From assembly GCF_009914755.1 (NCBI RefSeq), contig NC_060937.1: a stretch of 64,000 bases of DNA. One strand, written 5' to 3'. The notes beneath the pieces were generated by a model, which did no database searches, was not told where the DNA came from, and saw nothing but the letters and a program-made list of their open reading frames with translations. Below are positions 43,381 through 57,989 of the stretch, piece after piece. Source of the stretch: the human T2T-CHM13v2.0 reference genome, Homo sapiens. How positions within the stretch are numbered: the first letter of the stretch is position 1; the number at the start of each line of letters is the position of its first letter. A program made the translations under genes and the position numbers.

Positions 43381-46300
43381 GCCTACACTAACAGAGAATA
43401 GCCACAATGAATGAGACAATTTATCAACTAATTTTTTTTTGTCATTCGAACTAGCAGGATGTCAAATCCTTCATAGCTACTCTCAGATTCTTCCTGTGAA
43501 AAAGCAGATTATAAACATAGGAACATATATAACTCCATGTGTTAAAATTCTTAGTTGCTTAATTGGATACAAAGATTCAACCTCACATAATTTATTTCTC
43601 TCAGATGTCTATTCTTACACTGCAAGACCGTGACGAATAACAATTATGATCAATGTTTCTTTGATTGCCAAGGATATGCCTTGATTAAAACCTATGTGTG
43701 TGCTCTCACAATAAGTTCTCTGCAGCTGAGAACACAGCTTAGATAGCTATAACAACTTCAGCATGGAACGCAGAGCTTTATTTGGGCAACGAAGCAAACA
43801 CTCTTGAAATATAATCTATATAATATACCTTTTAGAATCTTTTCTCAATATCCTTCAATACGTTTATTAATGCAGAAAGCGCACAAGATTTTTAATTCTA
43901 TAATCATAATAAATGGAATAAGCATACTGCTTCTGTTACTAGCATGAAAATGTTAATCAGTAATATACTGTGAGCAATGCAACATGAATTGTAATTCTAA
44001 TTAAAACTTGATACAATGCAAGCAATATAATTAAATTGTCTGCCAAAATTCAGGGTAGGTTTATAATTCTAGAATAATACTTTTCATAACTTTATCATTT
44101 CTTTAAAACAATATGCAGTAAATTATTAATAATTTTTACTTAAAGAAAGCTACTACTTAAGGGAAAGTCTCAGTTTTATAAAATATTAAATGCATAATCT
44201 TTTTGTTTCAGTATAGTACCTTTGGTAGGATTATAATTATTTACTATACATTTATTACTCTTTCTTTAAAAGTGAACTACTTAATGTCTTAGAAGTAATT
44301 TAGCAGATTTCATTCAGCTATTGTTACATCAAAATAAGAGGGAAAAAATCTCGCTATATGAGGTATGCAAAGGAACTTTTAAAGCTTGCATGGTGAAAAC
44401 AGGTCCTTTATAAATTTAAAAATGATTTTAAAATAGTTAAGTTCACTTCTCTATACTGGATAATTACAAATTTTCATCTACGGAAAACTTTTTTTTCAAG
44501 GTATACATTATGTTTATAAATGCTTATCAGGATTGAACCTACTTTTATAAACTATTGCAAAACAGTTGGCAACTGGATTTCAATATTAGTATAAAAACTG
44601 ATGATGTAAGAGTAACAAATCTGTCTCCTCCACATAAAATAAGTGTATTGTTTATTTCCATCTCCAACCTAACCATTAGACCATTAGTTTCAGTGTGTGT
44701 GTGTTTGCCTGTGCTGTTTTTCATATGAGGATAAATGACCTCTCCCAAGGTGATTTATAGACAGAAGTCCCTACAATGTTCACAAGATTCCACATTCATA
44801 TTCAGTTTCATTTTAAATGCTACCAACTTTGATTTTTTCACAAAGCTTCCCTCCCACTGCTGACTAGTAAACAATATTTTTTCCCTCTAGAGTCATCCAA
44901 AAATAGTCACAAATTTCAGGCAAAAGTCGCTCATTAATGGTGATTTCATACTACATTGGCTTATTGGGCTTCGTTTTGGCTTCTTTCAAGGATAATTAAG
45001 CCTAGGGACTATCATAGGAGTAAGGTGAAACATAGAACACAGTTGACATTGAGTTATATAATTTTATATTTCACTCACATAATTGACTACGATTTTGTTA
45101 CCTAAAGTTTTAATTCAATATCTAAAAACACTAGAAAGTCATTACATTCCTTATTGTATTATTTTTTTCATCTGAAAGACATTTGAGACATACTAAAGGC
45201 TTCTTAGTTTGAAAGAGTATCAGCATTCCGCAGGGGCTGTTGATATCCTTCATTAGCTATAACATAGTTAAAATGTAGCACCTGCAATAAATCAAAGTAT
45301 TGGGAGATTGTATTAAAACTTATGACAGTTACAGAGTTTGGTGGGTGCCGGTTGTTTTTTCCTCCCCAGGATTCTAGGGTCATCACTCATAATAGTGGAA
45401 AGTATAGCATAAAGGGGAAAAAAATTCAGAATGTTCCTAAAAATAAAATAGAAAGCCCTCAGGAGCCCTTTCAGAACAACAATAAAAAGTATTGCTAGCT
45501 GTAAAATTTGTAAGCAGGTTCCATCCTGTCGGCACAGAAACAATGAAGATGAATTACATTCTAGGAGAAACATTGAGACTGTCTAGTAACATAGTGGCAA
45601 ATCTACTACAGTGAGGACAAAGCAAAACTATTTCTTCTCTGTCTTGAGTTGAAGGTGTCAGAACAGGAAGGCCTGAATTAAATGGAAACAAAGGGCCGTC
45701 TTTAGAAATTATTTCTAAGCTTAACCATTCAGTTTATTCATTTAGGCATTGTTTGGGCTATTCAGTTTTCAGAAATCTCTATTATTTCTGCACTAGTAAA
45801 ATGTATAATTACATTGTTAAAAGTATAAGTATGTATATTTTTAATACATAAAAAGATGAATATGAGTTAGGGTGATGGTAGCTATTTATACATCTTTAAA
45901 TATATTTAGATGTGATGAAAAAGAAGTTTAAAGTTTGTTTGGTTAGCTCCGTGCAAAGGTGTTTTTGTCTTAAGTAAAAGACATTTGGTCTATGTGGGAG
46001 ATGTTGGCAGTAGGTATGAAATGTGAGGGAGGATCACACAGAGAATCCTGCAAAGCAGAGCTACTGCACAGTCTCCTTTGCACAAAAACTAAGAGTCCTT
46101 TTTTGCATATGTCCTTGTTTGATGCCTCGGATATTAGTGTGATCATTGAAAAGACATGCTGCTAAAATAAGAAATATATAGATAGCAGTAGTTTTGCAAA
46201 AAGTTGACGTCCACCTTGATGGCAGGTTGTAAGTTTAATAACAAACTGTCCACATCCTAAACCAAGGTCAGCATATGCAAAACGAAACTCACACCAAGAG

Positions 46301-48835
46301 CAAAAATGGGGGAAGTGTTTATTAATCCTTAGCTGTGATTCTCAGAGGACGTTTCTGTGTGCAATATGCCTATTCTCTACTAAAACAACTTGACTTTTAA
46401 CTTAAATTTAAAACTCAGAGGTTTTCTTTCTTATGTGCTTATGAATGTTAATTAAAGGAGACATGAAATAGTTTGAGCAACTGTGTACAGTCTTTATTTG
46501 ACAATATTTGAAAGTTGCTTTCTTTTTATGCTGGAATTCAAATTTTCTACCTATAAGTAACAAATGTGGCTTGAGTCTATTGTATATTAAAAAATTGAAC
46601 ATAGTATTAGGCTCTCTGAAAATCACTGGAAATTGACACAATTCATGTTTCAGGGTCTCAGTGATTGATTGCATTAAAGCAGTGGTGGATTTCAAGGTGA
46701 ATGGAAATAAATGTTAAGTGAAGATTTTTTTTTAACCTCATCAATACCTTTCTAACAGTTCTTTTAAGCTGGAGGAGCAACTCACAGGAACTGAATCTAA
46801 GCAATTACCCAGCACTAGGTAACTTATTTGTCTGAGTACCTAATAATCTCTTAAACCTTTGCTTCTCCCAGCTGAGCTAATTTTTTTATGGAAAACCATT
46901 GAGAACAGTGGGTCACTGAGAGCAAATGAAGTGGGGTGACTACTGTGTTTCCTCAAGTGCTCTTATATAGCCCAATGTTGGATAGCTGATGATGTAATCT
47001 GCATAATAACATGGCCCTAGTGTGTTTCTATTAAGTCAGTGGGGCATTGACTATAGACAAAAGCACCACTGGTATCTATTAAACGGACTGGATCTACGGA
47101 CCCACAATGACTTTACTCATCCAACAGGAAGAGTTGTGCACTAATCTCATAATTATACCCCTTTACTCCTCCACTCACTTTAAATTTTGTCTGTTGGCAG
47201 TAAAATAAGTTTCTATCCAACTATAATTCTAATTAAATGAGTTAAAATGCACTGCTCTAATTATTTGTATATGTATGTGATGTGAATTAAATGTGGGTAA
47301 ATAATTATTCATTCAAATTAATAAATTTTAATGCAAATATATCCACAATAATACAGAAAGAGTATTCTCATGGATCCGGTAATAGAAGAAAATGTGATTT
47401 AATTAGGTAGTAATAAATACATTAGTCTTTTATGTCATCAGTTTTTTGTATCTGAACAGGATTTTTTTTCTAAGATGTCATTCATTTGATATCTCAGGTG
47501 TCAGAAAATTAAGGCAAAAATGAGATTTCGAAATTGAGCTCCTGAAATAATTTTAAAGCATATATTTCAGGATGCCTGCCATGTTCAAGAAAAAAGGGAA
47601 AAACACCCTATTGTATAAATTCATCTATCTATTGATCATTAAGCTACACATTTTAAGGTAAATAAGTTTACATTTTTAAATGGTACAAAGCATTGCATTT
47701 TTCAAAGCGGTATATGTTATATAACAAGCTTATTAAAAATGCATAGGTTTATCTGCAATGATAGCCGCTGCCTTGATTAATGTTTGAGCAGGTATCCAGA
47801 GTTCCTTACTTAGCTGGTGAATGCAGTACCATCTACTATCTCTTGGATTACACTAAAACTAATGTTTTAAAATGTGGAATAAAACAATCTCTTACTAATT
47901 TTGTAATATCATATTTTTAAATTGAGAAAATTTTCATTAAATTAGGGAAAGTTTTATTTTAAATCCCTGGCCAAGGTTTTGGATTCATCTTCTTACTCTG
48001 ACATCATTTTGGAACAAAATTACTGATATCTAGAGCACTGAATATCATTAGAATACACTTTAAATGCAACCTACATTTCCTCTATTAGCTTTTGATAAAA
48101 TTGATTAATAAAATTGTCAAATAGATAGAGTACCTGTATGTTTTAACAGTGATTTAAAATCTTTTATGGGTTTAAACTCAGTCTATTAGCTTAAAGCAAC
48201 TTATTCTCCAGTGAGATATAGATGTAACGGAAAACTTGTAGTCAAATTGTTGTTTCGTGTAGTAGTCTCTGTGAGCACTCCATTTCAATACTATTCAGTT
48301 TAAGCATTAGCCAATTTTCAGGCTATTCCATCAGGGGGCTATTCTCAAAGTCATTTTTATGGGAAGATCCCAACATTACAGATATCTTACTGTGATTCTG
48401 AGAGTGAAAGTCATTGATAAAAATGTGTGACTCACACATTTTTAGAGGTGAAATCCTCTATTCATTGTGAAAAGCCTCTACGCATGAAAATGTACTACTG
48501 GACATATTTTTTATGTGATAAAATGATTACTCTCTGAGAAGTTGAAGAGCTGAAGGATATGTGTATTTATGTTTCTCTTTCTTCTTCTTTGTCTCTCTCT
48601 GTTCCTCTCTCTCTTTCATTTTCTCTCTCTGTGGGTTTCATTAAGGGTATGTTTCTGTGTGTGTGCATCTGATTCTGGAAGCTGATGGGGACTAAACAGT
48701 TGTGGCACAATGTGCAATAAAAGGATCATTATATCAGGCTCTAATTGTAGCCCTTGTGAATTAGTATGAGCAACATCTTACACAAGGCACATACTTTATC
48801 TCACTTATATCTTCCTTCATTCATAAAGAAACACA

Positions 48836-49130
48836 GGCCAGGCACGGTGGCTCAGGCCTGTAATCCCAGCACTTTGAGAGGCTGAGGTGGGAGGATCACT
48901 TGAGGTCAGGTGTTCGAAACCAGCCTGGCCAACATGGAGAAACCTTGTCTCTACTAAAAATACAAATTAGCCGTGTGCGGTGGCACACGCCTGTAATCTC
49001 AGCTACTCAGGAGGCTGAGGCTTTAGAATCGCTTGAACCTAGGAGGCAAAAGTTGCAGTGAGCTGAGATTGCACCACTGCACTCCAGCCTGAGTGACAGA
49101 GCAAGACTCTCTCTCAAAAAATAAAGAAAA
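48836..49130 (+). mobile_element. Full-length AluS (Sz/Sx-like)
   Basis: ggccaggcacggtggctca...ggatcacttgaggtcagg...gagcaagactctctctcaaaaa. Confidence 0.97.
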
Positions 49131-49691
49131 AGAGATACAACTTGTGTAAAGGTCCTTTTATGTTTGAGATTCTCTGTGTGACTAAACAAACTTCTTTCAG
49201 ATTTCTTTATCATCATTTTAACAGATCTTTAATTTTTCCTCATTAGGAAATTTAGGATACAATATATTCTCTTGTATCTTTTTAGTTTTTTTGGCAAAAA
49301 AAGTTAAAATTAAGATTGTCCATTAGGATATCCAGCTTAAGCATTAGCTGGAAATGATTTGAGAACTATACGTATCGGATTCAATGAAAATGAAAAAATG
49401 AACAATGTATTTGTAATAAGAAAATTTATAAAATAGAAGTTCAATATTTAAATAACACTGCAGGGGGTGTTTCACAAAAGGCATACACACAACGTTTAAG
49501 GGAGAATTATGTAGCAGACTATTACAAGTCCATCATTTTTGCTTATTTTGTAGACACAAAACCAACTCCACAGAAAATTCTATAACCAAAATATGTAAAA
49601 TCCAGATGGCAGAGATAAACTTTTACTGAATTTCATATGAGACAATGTACTTAAATATAAGTGACTATATTTGTACATGTGAACATATTCA

Positions 49692-50120
<429 letters not shown>

Positions 50121-50753
50121 AAGAAACAGTTTATTTTCTCATATCCGTTTTACTTTTTGTGCTTATTTTATTTAAATGCATATTCATACAGTGGATCAAG
50201 TTTAAGAAACTATCTGTGATTTGATTGTTATCTACATATACTCAGATACATTTTGCCATGAAACTAGAAGGAGGAAGAAACCCTACATTTTTAATTATGA
50301 TTGAGTATATGATCAATTGGAAACCTTTGCAAGTCCTTCATCATTGGAACTTTAATACTGACTGTAATTGGTGAATGTTTAAGGTGTGTGTACAGAAAAG
50401 GATATGATTTCACTTGAGCAACTCTCTGAATCAGGATCTTACTGAGCAGTAAGTTTATTTTTAAAAATTCTTTTTTGTGGAAGTAATACACTTGGAATAT
50501 ATGTGGAAATGATTAGGGATATCTCCTTTCTACCCACTGCATTAAGTTGCCTAATTTTCTGACAGCTAGAAATACATTACCAGTGTACACAGAAAATGGA
50601 ATGAAGTAGAGAAAGAAATCCCACTGTAGATTAAGGAAGGGGAAAAAATGATCTCTATATAAGAAAGAAAACCTTGGAGAGAACAAATAGCTAGTTACTG
50701 CTACATCCTTCATAGGTGTGAGGTGCAGACTGATTTTCTTGCATTTTCTGCAG

Positions 50754-50881
50754 AGTAGATGCACAGATTATGCTGAAAACAGGAGAGAGCATAATTGTAC
50801 AACTGCCAATGCGAACGGCAGACTCAAGTCAAATAGAGGCTCTGATGCTAACAAATTCAAAACCTGGGAAAGACTCAGAAG
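50754..50881 (+). other. Candidate 128-nt internal exon (unvalidated)
   Basis: Branch-like CTGAT 50730-50734, acceptor ttttcttgcattttctgcag, donor AAG|gtattt; two frames are open. Confidence 0.3.
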
Positions 50882-51679
50882 GTATTTCTTACAAGCTCTT
50901 CCATTCCTTAATTTCTGTGACATACATTTCAGAAAGGATGGCTGCGTCCTCAGAAATATTTTTATGATGACTGCCCTTTTAAGCATTTCCACTTCTCTTT
51001 TCATAAAAGAAAGTCACACAAATGAACTTAATTTATTTCCTTTGATATGCACAGTTGGGGTTAAAATACAGCCCCCTCTTACACTTGTTCAGTACCTTCC
51101 TACATGCTATTTGCTAGCTCATCACATCACAAAAGTGAAGCCGCTACAGCAGGCAGGGAGCAGAACGACAAGGTTCTGTCTTGGAGAAATGTCATCTAAC
51201 GGCTCTTGTAGTCCAAGTGATGTGCTACCTCTAGAGAACATGGTTGTCTGACAGTTATTTCTGAGTCATCTTGGTGTATTTTAAACAGTTGGTTCTCTCC
51301 TTCAGACACTTGTCAACATGTGCAGATGATGTTATAACTGGCACAATGTCACCAGCTCCCTCAAATCAGGAAAAGCTAGTAGCTGTGAAAAATATGACTT
51401 CCAATTCAAGTAAAAATTACAGTCCTAGAAACAGAAGCACATCTCATCAGATGAGGTATTACTTTAATTGATTCAAATGTGTGACTGCTGTGTTAAATGA
51501 TAATCAGGTATATTTATTTTGTCTTTCTTGCACTCTGGTAGTGATGGTTGAGAAGAAATAGACTTATTAAGTTAAAAAGTAGAGAAAAGTTATCAAGAGG
51601 TATTTTTAGGTATATGAATGCAACTACCAAATCCATCTCAAATAGTTAATTATTTAGCCTGTAATTTTCCCTTTGCAGT

Positions 51680-51762
51680 AACACATTTTGTCTTTAAACC
51701 CCTAGTGTCTAATACATTGCTTGATACGTAGTAAGGTCCAAATAAATGTTTATTAAATGTGA
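51680..51762 (+). mobile_element. L2 3' tail
   Basis: cccctagtgtctaatacattgcttgatacgtagtaagg...aataaatgtttattaaatg. Confidence 0.65.
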
Positions 51763-53589
51763 ATTTTTCTCTTCCTTTCTGTCTCTTCTCCTTTTACTTT
51801 GTTTCTCTCTTCCTCTTTCACTCATTACTGAACAAATGAATTGTTTTATTAATTATTATAAAACAAATGTAACTAAGAGAAATCATATAATTATATAGGC
51901 AAAATGGGAGATTAGCATAAAATTTTGCAAATATGAAAAGTATCTCTGTGATTTATTGTAACAGTTTCAGAATCACTCAAAAAGTATACATAGTAAAACT
52001 TTCAGCCAAGTTATATTAATACTAGGATTTACCAAATCAAAATGAGGGGATAAAACAGTGGCCAAGAAAATCTATTATTTCTTCCTTGGGCTTTAGATTG
52101 AACCTAGATGATTTATTGGCTTCTTTTAATCCCATTAGTTTATTTTTAAAAATCTTTTTCTCACCCCAAATGCTATTATTCTCATCTTATTATTGAACTT
52201 TGCAGAATTAAAAAGTTATTTTCCTAATTATAATCATTCTTTAATTCTACTTATGGAACACCTAATATCAACAGATTTCCATAAGTAATTTTTTTGCATG
52301 TTCCTAAAATTTATTGAGTAATATTTTCTCAAGAATCTGTTATTTTTCTCTTCTAGGACGCTATCCTTCAACTCACCCTAAATCAGACTCCATCTTTCCT
52401 TTAAAAATGTCCACCTAAGTTGATTTCTCTCTCTTTTAAATCCTTCTAATAGCATTTCATTTCTTGTTTGTAAAATTGAACTATGAGACTTTTTAATATT
52501 GACTATTTTTAAATTTTTAAATATGTGAGTACATTATTTACCTAAGTAAATTGCACTCTAAGTAATCCCTCTAAGATAGAGGGAAGTGAAGGTGTTAAAC
52601 TTCTAATAATTTCTCAGAGAGCATTTCGTAGTTCTTATGGTAAATGTGTACAGAGCTCCTAGACACATAATAAGCATCCCCAAAACATTAGCTGATAAAA
52701 ATAGTAAAAGCTCAATAAATAATTGATTTCATTATAATTCAGTGTATCTGGATAGTATATGTGATTATACTTAAATTACCCTGGTTCACCTGAGTTAGTT
52801 TTATAGTATATGATAGAAGCAGCTTAACTCACAAACATTTATCATTACAATTTACCTCAAACATTACATGCCCAGTAAATCCCAGCAATTTTCAGCATCT
52901 GTGGTTATGTTTAGCAAGAATCAACACTAATCATCTTTCATTTCCTATTTTTAATATCACACATAATGTATAAAATAATCTTCACAGCTTTTTGTGCTAG
53001 TGCAACATTAATTTTTAAATTTATTTAATTTATTTGTACATTTACTTTTTTCAATATTATTCATATGTCTACCCAAACCAAACCAATGTTAAACGTATAT
53101 TATGTAGGTTATTTATTCATTTTATTTCTCCTTCACCTTCAGCAACATTTTATTTTTCTAATGCTTATCTATTGACTTCAAATCCATTTCCAAAAATAAC
53201 TAATAGGGAGAGTCATTTTAAAAATTACAAGCAAATAAATAGAAACATGCTCACAGTGGTAAACGTAACAGACACTCTGTTTGCATTAAGTTCAGAATAG
53301 AGGCTACAAATACAAAAGTCAATAAACAATTATTTTAAATAAATGCACATTTCCTTGTCAACCAAAATGTTTCAGTTCTAACTATTGTGCTGAAATTGCA
53401 ACTACAGGCTCAATCGTAAAACCAAGAGCTATGCTCCAGGGAAGCATTTTTAACTAAACATCCCTGACTGATTCATTGCAATATCACATCAAGACTGAAA
53501 AATTCTGGGTTCAAAGGTGGCCAGTGGGAGGAAAAAAACAAAAAGGTTTCACATGCTTCTGTAGAAAGAAATAAAATGGCAAGCATAGG

Positions 53590-53795
53590 GAGCTGCGTGG
53601 TGTGATAGAGCCTCACATTTTTGAAGGGGTGACACTAAATAGATAACCAGGAAAGTAAAAGAAGTGGCCATTCACAAGCATTATGCTTTGCTCAGATGTT
53701 TGGACTATATTAAAATGAGTAGGGAAAGCCATTGAAATATCTTTGAAGAGGATGTGATGAAGTTTGCCTTTAAAAAATAATTCTAGGAACTCTGT
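53590..53795 (-). mobile_element. L2 fragment
   Basis: ttggactatatt...gggaaagccattgaaa..tttgaagagga.gtgatga..tttgcctttaaaaaataattct. Confidence 0.6.
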
Positions 53796-54490
53796 AAAGC
53801 TTATTAGAAAGAATGAAAAAGATACCTTCCATATGTAACACATAAAATTAAACCTCTTTGTAAGCAACTTCCATGCAATCCTTAGACATTTTCTAGAAAT
53901 TTTTCATCTCTTTAAAGTGCAATCAAAAGGTCAAAATATAAATAAGTTTTGAAACACAAATTGAACATTTAAGTGAGGACTTTGATAAAAAAATGTAAAT
54001 GACAAACTAAATATTTGAAGCCAGAATAAGTGAGGTACATATCAATAAAATTCAGTTTAAAAAAGAAAGAAAAATAGTGCATTTTTAAGGATAAAAATTA
54101 AATTTAACTTTTCTAGAACAGAGAGTGAACATTTTCTAAATGTCTTTAACATTACTAAATGAGTTAAAATTTTAATGTAAAAATTAATTTGAAAGTACAC
54201 CAGTTTGTGTTCCTTTTACCAAGAGATACAGCCAAAATGTGTTTCAGAATTTTAAAGACAATTTTAAATTGTTGAATATATTATTAATGCAAAATTTTAA
54301 GATAGTTTTCCTCTCTCTTAAAGTAGGTATTTGTTAATTCCTTTTAGTGCTCAATTATTAGGCTTACTAAAATAAGTGACACCCCCAATTTTATATTAAA
54401 TAAGAGTGATATAACCTTCCCTATACATTTCAGAACCAGTTTCTGAAAAAAAATTAAATATTATGAATTTACATTCAATACATTCTATTT

Positions 54491-54557
54491 TATATATATG
54501 TATATTCGTGTATATATATATATGTGTGTGTGTGTGTATTTATATATACACATATAT
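54491..54557. repeat. Compound (TA)n/(TG)n microsatellite
   Basis: tatatatatg...tatatatatatatgtgtgtgtgtgtgt..tatatatacacatat. Confidence 0.88.
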
Positions 54558-54610
54558 GGCTAGAGAGCAAATGTTGTATCAATTAAACCACCATACATTT
54601 ATATGATTAG

Positions 54611-54961
54611 TGTATTAGTCCATTTTCATGCTGCTGATAAAAACATACCCAAGACTGGGCAATTTACAAAATAAAGAGGTTTAATGGACTTAGAGTTCCA
54701 CATGGCTGGGAGGCCTTATAATCGGAAGCCAAGGAGGAGCAAGTCACGTCTTACATGGATGGCAGCAGGCAAAGAGAGAGAGCTTGTGCAGGGAAACTCT
54801 CCCTTATAAAACCATCAAATCTCATGAGACGTATTCACTATCATGAGAACGGCATGGGAAAGAACTGCCCCCAGGATTCAACTACCCCCACACCGGGTTC
54901 CTCCTACAACACATGGGAATTCAAGATGAGAGTTGTGTGGAGATGCAGCCAAGCCATATTA
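54611..54961 (-). mobile_element. THE1 (THE1A/B-like) MaLR solo LTR
   Basis: tgtattagtccattttcatgctgctgataaa ... ggatggcagcaggcaaagagagag ... cagccaagccatatta; 5-bp TSD attag at 54606-54610 and 54962-54966. Confidence 0.96.
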
Positions 54962-55984
54962 ATTAGGACCCTTCTTTTGTTTCTCTTGCTAAAATAAAAC
55001 TAAGAAAGTTCAAAGAGATTTTTCTTTGGTTTGTTGGATTTACAAGTATACTTGCTAGTCTTTAGAAATGGCTGCATCTGCCCTTAAATGTGTCTTAATT
55101 ACAAGTGTTTTTAAGGGTGAACATCTGTGCCCTTTACTGCAACTACATAGATACTTTGACACTTATCTGAGAAGAATATGTGGTTAAACTTGTGCACTAT
55201 ACTTGCTAATTCACTTTATTTAGCATAAATCAGGAATATTTATAGGTTAATTCTGTATCACTTTGATATACCACTTATACTAACACAATTTTGTTTCCTA
55301 TAGTTAGTTTATGACATAACATTAGAATCAGATGAGTTTTTCTTTTTAAATGGGATTTTGACTTGGTGAGAAGGAAATGTAAGATCTCTTCCTTCTTTCC
55401 TCTTTTCTTTAGTAAAATGCAAGTTTCTTGATGTAGAGAAGAGTTCTCTGCATTCCTGCACTCTTGATAATCTCTTGACTTTAAAATAACACACTACCTC
55501 AGCAAGTATACTACTACTTATTTTTTGAAAAAGAAGGTAATTTTATGTTCCTTATTACTTAAATAATCTAAAATGGGGCAAAGAATAGAGGGAGATTCTT
55601 TAGTCACAGGGTATGAAGTTAAACACTTAAAAGTAACTGAACTTAAAAGTAACAGTGCTTCTTTCTGAGTTAGCAAGTGAATATGGTATATGGTGAAGGC
55701 TGGTTGGGAATGAGCCAGCAAAAAATACTTTTGATTGAAAGACTGTTACTGGAAATTGTTGACAGTATGGCCTAAAAATTGTCTATTAGTAGTCCTTTGG
55801 GATGATATTTTGTCAAAAATGTCAGAAATGAACATTCCCCAGAAAGCAGTGGAAGTATTTTCTTTGGAAAGAATTTCTGACATATATTGGGTCAGAATTT
55901 CTCCAGTGAAAAATACAGTGAAGAATAAATGTGTATGTTTTGCTAAGCAACTATCATTGCTTTTTAAGTCAAATATCCACTGGT

Positions 55985-56822
55985 CCCAAGAAGGCCTTAA
56001 CATTCCTCTTCACTGCACTCAACACTGACTCTAGGTCCCTGACCTCCTTTTCTTTGAGCTTTTACCTTAATAAACATGTGATTTTAAATACTTGCTCTGC
56101 CCCTTTGAGATGTAAATCTTCTACAAATCAGGAATGTCTTCCTCAAGGACCTAGGAGCCATCCTTCTTAAATGTAATAATCTAGAAAAATAGAGTCCCTG
56201 TCTCCCAGTCTCTGTGGGAGAGTAGAAGCTTAACTTGGATAAGCACCAATTAGCAAATACAGATGGCTAATTACATAGATGGACCTCCCTGCTACAGTTC
56301 TCCAGTACTTTCCCATTGTTTACCCCTTTTTGTTTCGGTAAAGTGTGTTCAACTTCCTCCCTCATTACAATAAATTGGACTTCTGTTGCCATAATCGTTT
56401 TGTTTCTTTGTTTGTTTTGTTTTTTCTTTTCTTTTTTATTTATGTATTCATTTTTTTTTTTTTTTGAGACAGGGTTTCCTTCTGTTGCCCCAACTGGAGT
56501 GCAGTGGTGTGATCATGTCTCACTCTATCCTTGAATGCCCAGGCTCAAGGGATCCTCCCGTATCAGCCTCTTGAGTAGCTGGGACTACAGGTACATGCCA
56601 TCATGCCCAGTTAATTTTTCAAAAAATTTATGTAGAGACAAGGTGTCACTATTTTGCCCAGCCTGGTCTCAAACTCCTGGGCTCAAACAATCCACCTGCC
56701 TCAGACTCCCAACATGCTGGGATTACAAGTATTAACCACTGCTTTTGGCCTCCTATTGCCATAGTCTTGAATAAACTCTTCCTTGCTATTTTTACCTAGT
56801 GTCTATTATGATTTTTCTTTTA
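55985..56822 (+). mobile_element. ERV1-class solo LTR (MER67-like), interrupted by AluJ
   Basis: ctctgcccctttgagatgtaaatcttct, ctcaaggacctaggagccatcc, cctgtctcccagtctctgtgggag, caattagcaaatacagatgg; aataaa just after the Alu. Family name is from memory. Confidence 0.75.
56397..56750 (-). mobile_element. AluJ with long T-rich tail
   Basis: ggctcaagggatcctccc and ctcctgggctcaa J diagnostics; decayed 16-bp TSD ttctgttgccataatc (56381-56396) / tcctattgccatagtc (56751-56766). Confidence 0.95.
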
Positions 56823-57989
56823 AAGCTGTCAACATTTCTTTGAATTTAAGAATTAAAGTCACGTTATTCAACTATATTTTTTAAACATCTCATCATGGGT
56901 AAATTCAAAACAATATTTTGCTGCCTTTATTAGAAAGTTAGAAATGATAATGACACAGACATAGCTGATTAAAACTTAATGAGCTTTGAGGGAAATCATA
57001 AATGTTCCCTTTTGATTATAAGAACATCTTTCCTAATGATGTAAGATGCTTTTTTAAAAGAAATACTGTGAGTTCAAAAATAGCACAAAGGTGGTAAAAT
57101 TGTTCTCTATATTTGAGAAAATCTTTCATGATCGCATTTTCCCTAATCTTTTTCAAGTCATTAATGTTAAAATAGCATCTCCCAGAAAAAAAGTCAATCA
57201 ACATGGGAAAAGTGAGGGAATTAGCTTGGTGACTTTCCAGTTAACCTGCCTTTAATACATGATATTGAGATTTTCTTGGATGGTTGGATATTACACATTC
57301 TTAGTGTGATCAAAGAAAGATATAATTTATAATCATACCTTTTTGACATTCTGTATACTCTGCCTGTATAGGAAAGACTTTGTATTTCAAGGGATATATC
57401 TTTAGTTCAATTAATTAAAGCTTTGTCCTTTGTTGGAGGGGTATGTATTGAGGTATATTTTATAATATTTCTGGAGAAAAACTTGTTTGTTCAAAATAAT
57501 GTGTCCTTTTGCACCAACTAACTACAACAAAACTCCTTAAAATTTATTTTTTTCTTTAATTCTTAATGCCCATGAAATAAAATAGAGATATAACTTAAAG
57601 AACCTAACAGATTAAAGTAGCTCTTAATTTTAAATTGAGCTAATTTTTAGCTTCCAGGCTAATAAACTAAGAACAACAAACAGGATACTAAACGCCGAAT
57701 GAAACACTACTTTTGATAATAAGAAAAATCCTATGCCATTACTTACATTTTTTCCTCAGAGCTTTGTTGCAGAAGTCAAACTTTTTGGTTTGTTTGTTTC
57801 CCTCATGATCTCTTCCCTGCAGAGAAAAGCTGCAGGAGTTTGCCTAAAAGATTTGTGATCTTCAGGCTCAACTACAAGCCCTGCTTGAATAGCTTTCTCC
57901 TTGTTTTTTCTCTGCTTAGCAAATATGAAGCTATCACCATCTTTAAGAATCTGAAGAGACTCCCTCCCACTTCTTAATACTTATGTTAA

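Noticed and set aside
50718-51251. 177-aa ORF as a single-exon gene
   Set aside because: GTG start, no recognisable homology, and composition typical of non-coding DNA; only the splice-bounded 128-nt part was kept as a candidate.
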